From assembly GCA_036339465.1 (NCBI GenBank), contig JAYZAY010000046.1, positions 1 through 25,543 of the forward strand: a DNA stretch of 25,543 nucleotides. The letters are read 5' to 3'. Made by a program: the position numbers and the translations under genes. Positions 8,164 to 18,037 of the stretch are shown here, in pieces. Each line of letters begins with the position of its first letter. The stretch's first letter is position 1. This DNA is from Myxococcota bacterium (GTDB lineage: Bacteria > Myxococcota > XYA12-FULL-58-9 > JABJBS01). The notes beneath the pieces are model-generated. The model did not search any database. It was not told where the DNA came from and worked only from the letters and a program-made list of their open reading frames with translations.

Positions 8164-8847
8164 CTAGTTGGTGGCGGTGGCGTCAGTAGGGCCAGCTCCA
8201 TTTATGTCTGTACCTTGAGGAGCCCTTCCCTTTGCATTGGTATTTCTTATGGAGAGAAGATAGGCCACGAGATTTTTGACCCCAGCTGCCTGGAGGGTTG
8301 GTCCCCAAGGGGGCATGCCTTTCGCGGCGACGCCTTTCCAAAGTACCAAATAGTTGTCTTTGAGTTCACTGCCATGAAGCCAATAAGCATCGGTTAAATT
8401 AGGTCCCGTAAGCCCCTCCCCATTCTGACCGTGGCAACCGGTGCATAGGGATTTGAATGTGGCTTTTCCGGCTTTGATGGTGGGCGCGCTGTCACCAAGA
8501 CTGGCCAAGACCTCGTTGGTGACGCCATCCAGAATTTTCGCCTCCACGGCGAGAATTTGTTCTGCGGTGGGAACCACAGGCGCCCACGTACCGGCGGCGA
8601 GTTCCGCTTCTACCTTCGCCATCGCCTCGGTGATGGGCATTTTTACAAAACCCAATTCCTTGTCGGCCCAGTCATAGGTGTTCAGTGCCGTCTTTTGATC
8701 GGCAAGGTATTCCTTTTTTGCAAAGTCATTTACATTGATGTGGCGGTGTTCTTCCCACTCTTGGGCCGCGGCCGCGACGATGAGAACCGTAACCGTCGCG
8801 AACACGATGGTCAGAGTTTTAGAGATGCCAATGAGTTTCTGTTCCAT
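8164..8847 (-). CDS. ActG-like membrane subunit fused to a CcoP-like monoheme cytochrome c
   Basis: N-terminal TM helix, ActG-like motif LNTYDW...GFVKMPITEAM, and C-terminal CTGCHG..G.G..GPNLTDAYWLHG...KGMPPW. Start placed at ATG 8847 (AGGTGA RBS). Confidence 0.82.
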   Translation of the reverse strand: MEQKLIGISKTLTIVFATVTVLIVAAAAQEWEEHRHINVNDFAKKEYLADQKTALNTYDWADKELGFVKMPITEAMAKVEAELAAGTWAPVVPTAEQILAVEAKILDGVTNEVLASLGDSAPTIKAGKATFKSLCTGCHGQNGEGLTGPNLTDAYWLHGSELKDNYLVLWKGVAAKGMPPWGPTLQAAGVKNLVAYLLSIRNTNAKGRAPQGTDINGAGPTDATATN

Positions 8848-8887
8848 GTTATCACCTAACGTCAAACCCGAAAATTATGGTTCCAGA

Positions 8888-10132
8888 TTAAAAATTTTCG
8901 TAGGAAAGAGCTTCTTTGAGCCGAGGGTCTTGGATTGGTATCAGCTTTTTACCGCGCATGGCGTAGCCGATGGTGCCCACAAACATGCCGCCTATGCCTA
9001 GGAAACAAGTAAGGTCGAGGATACTGAAGGGGATCTCGCCCGCAAGAGCATGACCATGGGAACTCATGGTAGGCATGACCATAAAATAATGGTCCACCCA
9101 GTGGAAAAAGAGGAGCCACACGGCCCAGCAGGCAAGGATTCTAGTACGCCTTTTGGCGTGTCGGGAAATCAAACCCACATAGGGGATGAAAAAATGCCCT
9201 AGGATGAGAAACCACACCATGTAGTTCCATTCGCCTGTTTTTCTGACGATGTACCACTGTGTTCCTTCGGGCATACTGGCATACCAAATCAACATATATT
9301 GAGAAAAACCAATGTAACCCCAGAAGAACACAAAGCCAAAAAGCAATTTACCGAGGTCATGGTAATGTTCGACGTTGATAAATTCACCGATCTTGCCCTG
9401 GGATTGGAGGTATTTTGAACCCAAAATCAGACATGCGAGGCACGACATGAAACAGCCGGCAAAATAGTAGACGCCAATGATGGTGCTGAACCAGTGAAAT
9501 TCCAAGGTCATCACCAAGTCCACAGCGGCGAAGCTGATGGTGAGGGCGAGCACGACCATGCCCGGCGCGGATACTTTTTCCATTTGCAGCGTGTTGAGCA
9601 CCTCACCACTCTCATCTTGTTCTAGGGACTTCTTATTGAAGTAACGCGCTAGGCACACCCAAAATAAGAAATAGAATGCGCAGCGGCCCGCAAAGAAGGG
9701 AATGTTGAGGTAGGGCTCTTTGAGGTGGAGCATGTGGTCTGTTTTAGCGAGCGCGTGGTTTGTCCATGCGTAGAGTTCGTGGTTGCCCATGAGCGTGGTA
9801 ATGATGTTGGGAAGGAACAAAAGCGCCAGGATGGGAAGCGCGTTACAAATAAGCTCCGCCTGGCGACGCAGGGTCACACTCCAGCCCGCTCTCGTGAGAT
9901 GCTGGAGGGTAACGAAAAACAAAGCGCCTAGGGCGATACTTAGGAAATATGAAAAGTTGGTTAGGTAGGAGTGGAGGAAGTTTGCCCACTGGTCGTTATG
10001 GGATTGGCCAATGGCTCCACTTGCAATTAGACTAACGATACCAATCCCAAAGCTAAAGAGGGTGATTTTACCCAGCTTGTCGTCGGCTTGAACCTCGGGT
10101 CCCTTGGTTGACGGCATATGTTTCGCGCTCAT
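8888..10132 (-). CDS. actF: Alternative complex III subunit ActF
   Basis: Polytopic membrane protein with QHLTRAGWS, EPYLN, DLVMTLEFHWFSTI and HYHDLGKLLFGF..FWGY..FSQYMLIWY motifs, in act operon position. Confidence 0.93.
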   Translation of the reverse strand: MSAKHMPSTKGPEVQADDKLGKITLFSFGIGIVSLIASGAIGQSHNDQWANFLHSYLTNFSYFLSIALGALFFVTLQHLTRAGWSVTLRRQAELICNALPILALLFLPNIITTLMGNHELYAWTNHALAKTDHMLHLKEPYLNIPFFAGRCAFYFLFWVCLARYFNKKSLEQDESGEVLNTLQMEKVSAPGMVVLALTISFAAVDLVMTLEFHWFSTIIGVYYFAGCFMSCLACLILGSKYLQSQGKIGEFINVEHYHDLGKLLFGFVFFWGYIGFSQYMLIWYASMPEGTQWYIVRKTGEWNYMVWFLILGHFFIPYVGLISRHAKRRTRILACWAVWLLFFHWVDHYFMVMPTMSSHGHALAGEIPFSILDLTCFLGIGGMFVGTIGYAMRGKKLIPIQDPRLKEALSYENF

Positions 10133-10154
10133 TAGAATGCTCTCCGCTTCTCAA

Positions 10155-11366
10155 TCATTGAAACTTAGATTGCTTGTCTTTTTTAAGGTCAGCAACCTTG
10201 GCGTATTGGCTTCGTTGCAGGGCTCGAATGTAGGCCACGATAGCCCACCTGTCATTTACGGCGACACTGTGTCCATAGCCCATCATGTTTCGAATGCCGT
10301 TGGTAATAGTATTGAATATTTGTCCGTGGGGTTGGGTGCGCAGGTAGCCCTGGTGGAGGGAGGTGGGAGGAACCCAGGCACTTTGCCCTGTGGAGAGGGC
10401 TCTGCGGTTAACCATGCCGTTGCCATCGCCTGTTTCTCCGTGGCACGCTGAGCAATGGATATTAAATTGCTTTTGTCCGTTGGCAAGTAAGCTTTGATTG
10501 ATCACGACTTGTTTTGGAAGGGTGGCCGCCCATTGGTCGTCAACGATTCCGCGAAAAAAGTGGTCATCGAGTTGAGCTTCACCCACCGCCACGGTGCCGG
10601 GTATCTTTGAGCGCATGCTGCGGCCATCGGCGTAGAGTGAATTTTCGCTTTGCGACTTGAATTTTTGCTGGAAATCCATGTTCGGGTTGGGGTGGATGCG
10701 CGTGTTTTCCATGTGACTTACGCGGGCTTTTCCAATGACCGCGAGGGGAATGAATCCCGCGACGAAGAAACAAAGTCCCGCAGCGAGCAGTGGTTTGGGA
10801 ATGGCGGCACCAATGTGTCGATCATCCTCACATACTTCGAGGCTTAAGGGATCGGTGTCGCGCAGGAGTGCTTGGCTCGCGGTTGGATTGTATTTGGGGT
10901 CCGCGGCCTCGATGGCAATAAAGAATCGGTCATCGGTGGCGCGCGCGAATTTCTTAATGCGATTCAACGGATGGTGGAACGAAGGAAGCATATTTATCGC
11001 GAGACATCCAAAAATCGCGGTCAATGCGGAAAATAGAACCGTGAGTTCGAAGCCTACGGGCACATTCGCAGGCAAACTCCAGAGGGGTTTACCGCTGATG
11101 AGATATTCGTAGTCGTAGGCGTTCATCCACCACTGCATCAAGAGGGCGACACAGGTCCCGGTGATACCAGCGCCAAAGATAAGCCATGGCAGCTTGGTGG
11201 GTTTAATGCCCATGGCAGGGTCGATGCCATGAACGGGAAATGGAGCGTAACTGTCCCACTTCGTGTAGCCGGCATCTCGCACTTTTTCGCACGCCTTCAC
11301 CAGCTTGGCTGTGGTGTCGTATTCGGCGAGTAGGCCGTAGACTTTGGTATTTGAATCTTCTGTCAT
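10155..11366 (-). CDS. Fused ActD (DUF3341-like) and ActE (monoheme cytochrome c)
   Basis: The N-half has D.YAPFPVHGID..MG, ISGKP...PA.VPVGFELTVL and TDDRFF. The C-half has NMDFQ.K, DGRSMR...GTVA, CSACHG, GIRNM and DRWAIVAYIRALQ. Confidence 0.92.
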   Translation of the reverse strand: MTEDSNTKVYGLLAEYDTTAKLVKACEKVRDAGYTKWDSYAPFPVHGIDPAMGIKPTKLPWLIFGAGITGTCVALLMQWWMNAYDYEYLISGKPLWSLPANVPVGFELTVLFSALTAIFGCLAINMLPSFHHPLNRIKKFARATDDRFFIAIEAADPKYNPTASQALLRDTDPLSLEVCEDDRHIGAAIPKPLLAAGLCFFVAGFIPLAVIGKARVSHMENTRIHPNPNMDFQQKFKSQSENSLYADGRSMRSKIPGTVAVGEAQLDDHFFRGIVDDQWAATLPKQVVINQSLLANGQKQFNIHCSACHGETGDGNGMVNRRALSTGQSAWVPPTSLHQGYLRTQPHGQIFNTITNGIRNMMGYGHSVAVNDRWAIVAYIRALQRSQYAKVADLKKDKQSKFQ

Positions 11367-11385
11367 CCTAACCTCTTATGCTCCG

Positions 11386-12801
11386 TTACTCGTGTTCTGC
11401 TTTATAGTGGGGGTCAGCCTCGGGCATCACCGCTTTTACTTCCGCGATGGCGACCATGGGGACCCACCGAATGAAGAGAAGGAATAGGGTGAAAAAGAGC
11501 CCAAAACTTCCTAAGAGCATCAAACCATCGAACATGGTTGGCTCGAAATAGGCCCAGCTTGAGGGTAAGAAATCTCGACTGAGGGAGGTCACTGTGATGA
11601 CGAATCGCTCAAACCACATACCGATGTTCACGAAAATGGAGACCACAAACATAAACCAAGGGGTCTGTCGACACCACTTAAACCAGAAGAGTTGAGGCGA
11701 GATAACGTTGCACGAAACCATGATCCAATAAGCCCACCAATAGGGTCCGAAGGCCCGGTTGATGAATGCAAATTGCTCGATTTCGTTGGCGCTGTACCAT
11801 GCCATGAAGAATTCCATGGCGTAGGCGTAGCCGACCATGCTGCCGGTGACCAAGATAATCTTATTCATATTATCAAGGTGGCGAACGGTGATGAGATTCT
11901 TCATCCCGAAAAATTCCCGGCAGGGAACAGCCAGGGTGACCACCATTCCAAAGCCACTAAAGATGGCGCCAGCCACAAAGTAGGGCGGGAAGATAGTGGT
12001 GTGCCAACCCGGGAGCTGGGAGGTGGCAAAGTCGAAGGATACCACAGAGTGAACCGACAAAACCAGTGGCGTGGCGAGCCCGGCGAGGATGAGATACACC
12101 CGCTCATAGCGGTGCCAGTGGCGGGAAGAGCCTGTCCAGCCCATAGAGAAAATGCCGTACATGATCTTGCGGATCTTGGTGGAGGCGCGATCCCTGAGCG
12201 TCGCCAAATCGGGAAGCATTCCGAAATACCAAAAGAGGATAGAGACGGTGGCATAGGTTCCAACCGCGAATACGTCCCAAAGCAATGGGCTTCGGAAGTT
12301 GGGCCACATCTCCATTTGGTTGGGAATCGGAAAGAGCCAATACGCCGCCCAGACGCGGCCGATGTGGATGCCCGGAAAGGTCGCCGCACAAATGACGGCA
12401 AAAACAGTCATGGCTTCGGCAAAACGTGCAATGCTGTTTCGCCATTTTTGTCGGAATAGGAAAAGAACGGCGGAAATCAACGTTCCTGCGTGGCCAATAC
12501 CGACCCAGAAGACGAAATTGACGATAGGCCAACCCCAGCCAACGGGGTTGTTGTTGCCCCAGATCCCAACCCCTTCCCAGAGGAGGTAGGCGATACAGGC
12601 GCCAAACATTCCTAGAACCGAAACAGAGGCAAGGAAGGCCACCCACCAGTTACGGTTGATCCGAGCTTGTTCAGGCACGGAACAAATGGCTTCTGTAACG
12701 TCTGCAAAGTCGGCAGCACCGAGGGTTAGGAGGGCCCGTTTTCCCGGTGTTTCTTCTGTGTTGTCGTCCAAAATATCATTGGAAATGACGGCTGAGGTCA
12801 T
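11386..12801 (-). CDS. actC: Alternative complex III subunit ActC (NrfD/PsrC family quinol-binding subunit)
   Basis: [55 protein letters not shown] and GMWFERFVI motifs. Confidence 0.96.
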   Translation of the reverse strand: MTSAVISNDILDDNTEETPGKRALLTLGAADFADVTEAICSVPEQARINRNWWVAFLASVSVLGMFGACIAYLLWEGVGIWGNNNPVGWGWPIVNFVFWVGIGHAGTLISAVLFLFRQKWRNSIARFAEAMTVFAVICAATFPGIHIGRVWAAYWLFPIPNQMEMWPNFRSPLLWDVFAVGTYATVSILFWYFGMLPDLATLRDRASTKIRKIMYGIFSMGWTGSSRHWHRYERVYLILAGLATPLVLSVHSVVSFDFATSQLPGWHTTIFPPYFVAGAIFSGFGMVVTLAVPCREFFGMKNLITVRHLDNMNKIILVTGSMVGYAYAMEFFMAWYSANEIEQFAFINRAFGPYWWAYWIMVSCNVISPQLFWFKWCRQTPWFMFVVSIFVNIGMWFERFVITVTSLSRDFLPSSWAYFEPTMFDGLMLLGSFGLFFTLFLLFIRWVPMVAIAEVKAVMPEADPHYKAEHE

Positions 12802-12804
12802 GGT

Positions 12805-15800
12805 TTACACCTTTGCCAAGTCAGGGTTTACGTTGCGTATTTTTCCGAGCATTTCGGTTCGCGGACGGAGATTTAACCCCCCCAACATTCCGTATGACCG
12901 GGCGAGCTTTCGCAGTTTGGATACCCGACTGTTTTTGTCGTTGATATCGCCGAAAACGATGGCGTCGCTGCCGCAGGTTTGTGCACAGGCGGGCGTGATA
13001 TCGCCGTCTGCTAGGGGCCGCTTCTCGTTGCGCGCCGTATCCTTAGCTTGTTTGATGCGCTGGATACAATACGTGCATTTTTCCATGACCCCTCGGAAAC
13101 GCACGGTAACGTCGGGATTAAACTGCATGGTCTTGACTTTATTTTCCGGTGTCTTCAGGTCCTCGTGATAATTATGATAGTTGAAGCGCCGTACTTTCAA
13201 GGGGCAGTTGTTGAGGCAATATCTTGTTCCCACGCAGCGGTTGTAGACCATATCGTTGAGGCCTTCTTCGGTGTGGAGGGTCGCGGCCACGGGACAGACC
13301 TGTTCGCAGGGGGCATTCTCACAATGCACACAGGCAACGGGTTGGCTAAGAATGGTTGGGTCTTCCTCATCCCCAGCAAAATAGCGGTCAAGTCGGAGCC
13401 ACTGCATCTCGCGGCCCTTTAATACCTGATCCTTGCCCGCCACGGGAACGATATTCTCGGTGTTACAGGCCATGATACAAGCGTTGCACCCATTACATTT
13501 GGAGAGATCGATCGACATCCCCCATTGGTGGTCGGCCTTGTACTCGAGGGCACCGAAAAGTTGTTCCTGCTTGTATTTATCGATCACCGGAAGGTGGTGT
13601 TCGTATTTCGTACTATCGACGTAGCCTGGGTCTTTTTGGTATTCGGCAAGGGACGTTTCCCGAATAAGGGTATGGGCGCGGCGTTCTCGTTCTTGGTAAC
13701 CGGTGTCATCGATAGCGTGGTGATTTTGGGTGCTTGCCAGTTCGTAATCCGCGCCGGTGGCGGTGATGGTTACGCCCTTTCTTTGAAAGGCCGACGAACT
13801 TCGGCGAATTGCGGAAACATCAAAACCGGGAGATGCGACACTCAATTTGGCAGACCCCCCGACGTGTCCGGCCTCCTCGCGCCCGTAGCCGAGGGCCACG
13901 GCAATAGAGCCGGTGGGCTGTCCCGGAAGCGTATAGACGGGGAGTGTTACCGATTGACCGCCGATTTCTAGCTTGATCATTTGGCCGTCATTGACCTTGA
14001 GGGTCTTGGCCGTGGATGGGCTTAATAGGGCGGCGTTATCCCAGGTGAGTTTGGTGGTGAAGTCGGGTAGCTCTTGGAGCGAACCATTGTTGGCAAAACG
14101 CCCATCATAGACCTTACCGTCATCGATAAAGGTAATCTCGTATTCCCCGTTTTTGAGATTGTCGTGTGAATTCAGCGAACCTGAATTCGGTGGGGTAATG
14201 GAGAAGGATTGAAGGGTGGCATCGGTCTTAACCGGGTAATCTGTGTTTGGCACTATGCCGTCTTGCACGAGTTTTCGCCAAGTGCGGTCGTTTTTGTTGG
14301 GCGCTGCGGCCACGGCGGTATCCGTGTTGGCCGCGGAAGGAGCTGTGTCAGCCTTTTCTGCTTCAAGGGCAGCGGGGTTGCCTCCTGCCATTGTCAATGC
14401 AGTGGCGCGAACCAAGGCATAGGCGGAATCTTCGCGGCCCATGAGCTTGAGGAGTAATTCTATTTGGGAATGAGACTTGTAGAGTGGCTCTAAGAGGGGT
14501 TGGGCGACGGAATAAGTACCGCTGAAAGAACGACCATCGCTCCAGGTTGCCAGCGCATGCGTTTCAGGAAGATGCCAGGTTGCGAGCGCAGCCGTCTCAT
14601 TGGCATATAAGCCCAGGTGAATCTTATTTTTCACCTTGTTCATGGCTTCGCCAAATTTCAGATCGCCTGTGGCGGAATAGGCGGGATTGGCTCCTAAGAT
14701 GAGGAGTGTATCCACCTTGCCTGTGTTCATGTCACTGGCCAGGGTTTTGATGGCTCGGTACTGGTTGGAGTTCGTTTTCGCGGCTATCCCTAAGACACTT
14801 AGGGTCTTGCCTAAATTACCCAAGGCTACATTCAACCGATGGGCCAAGGCGTGAACCTCCGCCGGTTGTCTGTATCCGACCGTGAGCAAGGATTTTCCTT
14901 GATTGGCCGCGAGGTCTTTGGCGAGGGCTTTGACCCAGGCAGCGATCTTGTGTGCTTTCAAAAAACCGGAATTGGGTGTCGCTTCTGGCCCCTCGATGGT
15001 CACACCGTGGGCTTTGAGAGCGCCCTGAAGTGCCAGAAGAAAGGGTTTAAGTTGTTCGTGCCGCAGTGGCAGGCGGTGGTCAGAAGAGACGCCGGAACTT
15101 GAGAAATGACTCTCCACGGCGTAGAGCCGATTCATCTTTCCGGCTTCAGGGTTTCGATTGTCCCCCCATTCCTTGGTGTGTCTGAGGGCTTCTGGATGTT
15201 CCGTGAGGAAGTCTCCGTCTAGATTAACGATGATTTCTGCTTTGGCCACATTGTATCGGACCCTCGTGCCTGCCCCGAATGCGATTTGGGCTCCCTCATC
15301 GACGTTGTCGCGGTTAAAAGTGGTGAATTCTGTCCAAGTGGCCTTGGGGAAGGCACTCAGAAAATCAGCCTTCACTTTGGCTAAGGTAACCGAGGCGCTC
15401 GGCTCTGCTAAAACGCGAAGGTTTTGGCCGCCGTTGGCCTTCAACTTGCCCAATAACTTCGATAAGTACTTGTCGAAGGTTTTGGCATCGCTGGGTTTGC
15501 CCCCCTGCAGGATTTGTTGGCTGCGGTCGGGGTCATAGAGCCCGAGGATGGATGCCTGAGCGTAGGTGCTACAGGCACCAAGGCTTGCTGGGTGCAGGGG
15601 ATTGCCTTCTATTTTGATTGGGCGCCCTTCGTAGCTGGTAACGCTCAAGCCTTGGCTGAATCCGCCGAGATTGAAAAGAGTAGCGTAGCTTTTGGTTTGG
15701 CCGGGTACCAGGCCAGCGGGTCGGCGCGTATGGGGAAGAATCTTCTCTTTGGCCCACATACCAGGACCTTCCAAAATGCAACCGCTGGCGCTTGATAGGG

Positions 15801-15969
15801 CCAGGGATGCGCCCATGAGCTGCATGAATCGCCGGCGCGAGACTGAGCCAGGTGCATCGACATTGACGTCTTTGAATTCCCGATGGAGATATCCTTGAAA
15901 TTCGGAGTTTTCGGCCAATTCGTCGAGACTACGCCAGTAATTTTCTGCTTTTGATTTTATCGATGACAT
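12805..15969 (-). CDS. actB: Alternative complex III subunit ActB (molybdopterin-oxidoreductase-like domain plus Fe-S domain)
   Basis: YWRSL.EL N-terminus, TAT motif SRRRFM and lipobox ASGC, EGRPIKIEGNP.HP. C-terminal Fe-S motifs are CNGCNACIMAC, CVHCENAPCEQVCP, CVGTRYCLNNCP and CTYC..PACAQTC. ATG 15969 overlaps the actA end. Confidence 0.96.
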   Translation of the reverse strand: MSSIKSKAENYWRSLDELAENSEFQGYLHREFKDVNVDAPGSVSRRRFMQLMGASLALSSASGCILEGPGMWAKEKILPHTRRPAGLVPGQTKSYATLFNLGGFSQGLSVTSYEGRPIKIEGNPLHPASLGACSTYAQASILGLYDPDRSQQILQGGKPSDAKTFDKYLSKLLGKLKANGGQNLRVLAEPSASVTLAKVKADFLSAFPKATWTEFTTFNRDNVDEGAQIAFGAGTRVRYNVAKAEIIVNLDGDFLTEHPEALRHTKEWGDNRNPEAGKMNRLYAVESHFSSSGVSSDHRLPLRHEQLKPFLLALQGALKAHGVTIEGPEATPNSGFLKAHKIAAWVKALAKDLAANQGKSLLTVGYRQPAEVHALAHRLNVALGNLGKTLSVLGIAAKTNSNQYRAIKTLASDMNTGKVDTLLILGANPAYSATGDLKFGEAMNKVKNKIHLGLYANETAALATWHLPETHALATWSDGRSFSGTYSVAQPLLEPLYKSHSQIELLLKLMGREDSAYALVRATALTMAGGNPAALEAEKADTAPSAANTDTAVAAAPNKNDRTWRKLVQDGIVPNTDYPVKTDATLQSFSITPPNSGSLNSHDNLKNGEYEITFIDDGKVYDGRFANNGSLQELPDFTTKLTWDNAALLSPSTAKTLKVNDGQMIKLEIGGQSVTLPVYTLPGQPTGSIAVALGYGREEAGHVGGSAKLSVASPGFDVSAIRRSSSAFQRKGVTITATGADYELASTQNHHAIDDTGYQERERRAHTLIRETSLAEYQKDPGYVDSTKYEHHLPVIDKYKQEQLFGALEYKADHQWGMSIDLSKCNGCNACIMACNTENIVPVAGKDQVLKGREMQWLRLDRYFAGDEEDPTILSQPVACVHCENAPCEQVCPVAATLHTEEGLNDMVYNRCVGTRYCLNNCPLKVRRFNYHNYHEDLKTPENKVKTMQFNPDVTVRFRGVMEKCTYCIQRIKQAKDTARNEKRPLADGDITPACAQTCGSDAIVFGDINDKNSRVSKLRKLARSYGMLGGLNLRPRTEMLGKIRNVNPDLAKV

Positions 15970-16601
15970 GTTGAGCAATCCAGTGAGGGATTTACGTTAT
16001 AAAGCTCTTTGAGCTTGGTTCCGAGGTGGGGATCGGTGGGTTTCCAATCCATGGCCGTGATATGCTCCACGGGTCGTAAATGTTGTTCCGGGGCTTTGTG
16101 GCAGTCGAGGCACCAACCCATACTGAGGGGCTCATGCTGGTAGACGACTTCCATTTGGTCCACCCGGCCGTGGCAAGAAACGCAACCAACACCTTTGGTT
16201 ACGTGAGCTGCGTGGTTGAAGTATGCGTAGTCGGGCAGGTCGTGAACCCGAACCCACTCAATGGGGTTGCCGGTTTTCCACGATTCTCGTACGGGTGCCA
16301 ATTTCGGACTCTCCGTATGAATCTTACTATGGCAATTCATACAGGTCTGAGTTGCGGGAATGGGTGAATGCGTGGCTTGCTCCACCGTCGTGTGGCAGTA
16401 GCGGCAGTCGACTCCAAGCTCGCCGACATGGAGCGCGTGGCTAAACGGGACGGGCTGGGTTGGCTGATAGCCCACATCGGTGGTGGCAGGCGAAAAGCCA
16501 AAGTTCACAATGAGAAAGGCATAAAACCCGCCACCGGCAACAGCTAAACCCACAAGAAATTTTATCTTATTGGTCCATGGCGGAAACTGAAACACACTCA
16601 T
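15957..16601 (-). CDS. actA: Alternative complex III subunit ActA (pentaheme cytochrome c)
   Basis: One TM helix, QPVPFSHALH, five CxxCH motifs (CRYCH, CMNCH, CVSCH, CLDCH, CSTCH) and LSMGWC. Confidence 0.96.
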   Translation of the reverse strand: MSVFQFPPWTNKIKFLVGLAVAGGGFYAFLIVNFGFSPATTDVGYQPTQPVPFSHALHVGELGVDCRYCHTTVEQATHSPIPATQTCMNCHSKIHTESPKLAPVRESWKTGNPIEWVRVHDLPDYAYFNHAAHVTKGVGCVSCHGRVDQMEVVYQHEPLSMGWCLDCHKAPEQHLRPVEHITAMDWKPTDPHLGTKLKELYNVNPSLDCSTCHR

Positions 16602-16678
16602 AATTTACCCCGGTTCACGAAATTTCCAGAGTTGGGTTATTCTTGCCCAAACTGCAGTTGGTCGTTAGCGTCCCAAAT

Positions 16679-16707
16679 ATAGTACTAAGTTCTTTCGTCA
16701 GCTTCAA
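16679..16707 (-). promoter_or_regulatory. Candidate sigma70 promoter of the act operon
   Basis: Minus strand reads TTGAAG (16707-16702), 17 nt, TACTAT (16684-16679), about 78 nt upstream of the actA ATG. Confidence 0.5.
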
Positions 16708-16953
16708 ATATGACAATCTAATTGGAGGATTTCATCACGAATGTCGAGGATTTTCAAAAAAATTGCACCGAGAAGTTATGAATCGACAGTCATGTCGCTT
16801 GTATGCCTGGATGTTTTGGTTGTCTTGGATGTCTTGGCAGGCACGAGGGTGCTCTTCATATTCGGCGGTGTTGGGATGGGTGCACCTCGAAGATGGTGGC
16901 GGTGGAGCGGGTGGAAATTCAGGGTTGGGAAGGGGAGGTTTGGGGCGCCAACC

Positions 16954-17370
16954 TTAGGGTTCGGAGTTGCGAATAGAGTGAAAGATCGTTTGGCGAAAAA
17001 GTCGGAGATCTTCACGGGGCGTTGTCTTGGAATCGATTCGAATTCCAATACCGCTGATTGGAGATCCTACATGAGGAACCACCTCGGCGGCTAGGTTAAG
17101 GGGATTGCCGGGGCGCGTGCGAAGGGGGAGCAGGACTCGGATCTTAAGACCGATCGGAGGTGGGTCATCGGTGGTGGCTAGATAGAGGCCGTTTGGATTG
17201 GCATTGAGGGCTTGGAAGGTGCCGAGGGGGTCACCGCCCTGACTTTGAAGGTGGATGGCGAAGGAGACCCCAGATCGGGTCAGTTGGCGCGGTGGGGTTT
17301 TGTCGTGTGTCTTGGTTTGAGTTTGAGGGTTCCCACCCTTTGAGGGTGGAGGGTCGTTTCCGGGTTGCAT
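16954..17370 (-). CDS. PilZ-like domain protein
   Basis: RQLTR (RxxxR) followed by NANPNGLYL (degenerate D/NxSxxG), then PPIG, AEVV and GIGIRI beta-strand pattern. Confidence 0.62.
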   Translation of the reverse strand: MQPGNDPPPSKGGNPQTQTKTHDKTPPRQLTRSGVSFAIHLQSQGGDPLGTFQALNANPNGLYLATTDDPPPIGLKIRVLLPLRTRPGNPLNLAAEVVPHVGSPISGIGIRIDSKTTPREDLRLFRQTIFHSIRNSEP

Positions 17371-17386
17371 AGGGCTATATTAATGG

Positions 17387-17404
17387 TGAAGCCATAGGGC
17401 TTCA
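17387..17404. other. Short perfect hairpin TGAAGCC-ATAG-GGCTTCA in a short intergenic gap
   Basis: 7-bp inverted repeat with a 4-nt loop and no clear U-tract, so either a weak terminator or an operator. Confidence 0.35.
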
Positions 17405-17428
17405 ACGGGTCTGGCATTTTACGGGCAT

Positions 17429-18037
17429 TTATCTGTCGGTTGGCTTGACAATCTCAAGGATTCCGAGGTTCCAGGAGTTTGCACCATGGTTGTCTACATG
17501 AAAGTAGACAGGGGTGTTTTTCTCGAAGCTAGAGGGTAGAGTGACCACGGGGACCATATATTGAGGCGCATGTGGGATCGGGATTGTGAGGGCCCATAGG
17601 GGCGAATCACCGAAATAGATTGCCACTTTGGCCTCGGCGATTTCTTCGGAGAAAAGGACGTTGTGATAGAAGAGAAACTTGAGTTTTTCTCCTTGGTCAA
17701 CGCTGGAAAGAAGAGGCTGCTGAAGGGTTACCCAACTGCATCCACCGGTATCAATTTCCACCGTACCGTCTTCGAAACTGACGAAAACAGGATGGCACGC
17801 TGGAGGCGGGTATTGTTGGTCGGTGGTGAAGGGGTCATTGTCTTGGGTAACCAGGGTCCAAGCATTTGTTTCAGTGAGGGGGCGGGGGTGATGGGCACCG
17901 GAGCATCCACCCATGAGCATGAAAGTGATTGGAAAGATGATTCTCCAGCCAGCGGGGTCTAAAAGGCGATTCTTGTTTCCGGAGCGCAAATTACCATGAC
18001 CGATTTTATCCACGGGAATATTGGCCCTTATCGTCAT
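17429..18037 (-). CDS. Hypothetical protein, probable lipoprotein (start uncertain)
   Basis: Hydrophobic stretch ending MGGC, followed by a beta-rich domain with VEIDTGGC and FHVDNHGANSW. Confidence 0.7.
   Translation of the reverse strand: MTIRANIPVDKIGHGNLRSGNKNRLLDPAGWRIIFPITFMLMGGCSGAHHPRPLTETNAWTLVTQDNDPFTTDQQYPPPACHPVFVSFEDGTVEIDTGGCSWVTLQQPLLSSVDQGEKLKFLFYHNVLFSEEIAEAKVAIYFGDSPLWALTIPIPHAPQYMVPVVTLPSSFEKNTPVYFHVDNHGANSWNLGILEIVKPTDR

Noticed and set aside
8164..8847. cbb3 oxidase subunit ccoP call
   Set aside because: It has only one heme, no ccoN/ccoO is present, and the N-terminal part and position fit ActG.
11692..12459. 255-aa plus-strand ORF and other short ORFs within the act genes
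   Set aside because: They are antisense or alternate-frame shadows of well-supported act genes.
12805..15969. Active molybdopterin oxidoreductase call
   Set aside because: The context and the fused Fe-S domain identify ActB, which is established to lack the Mo cofactor.
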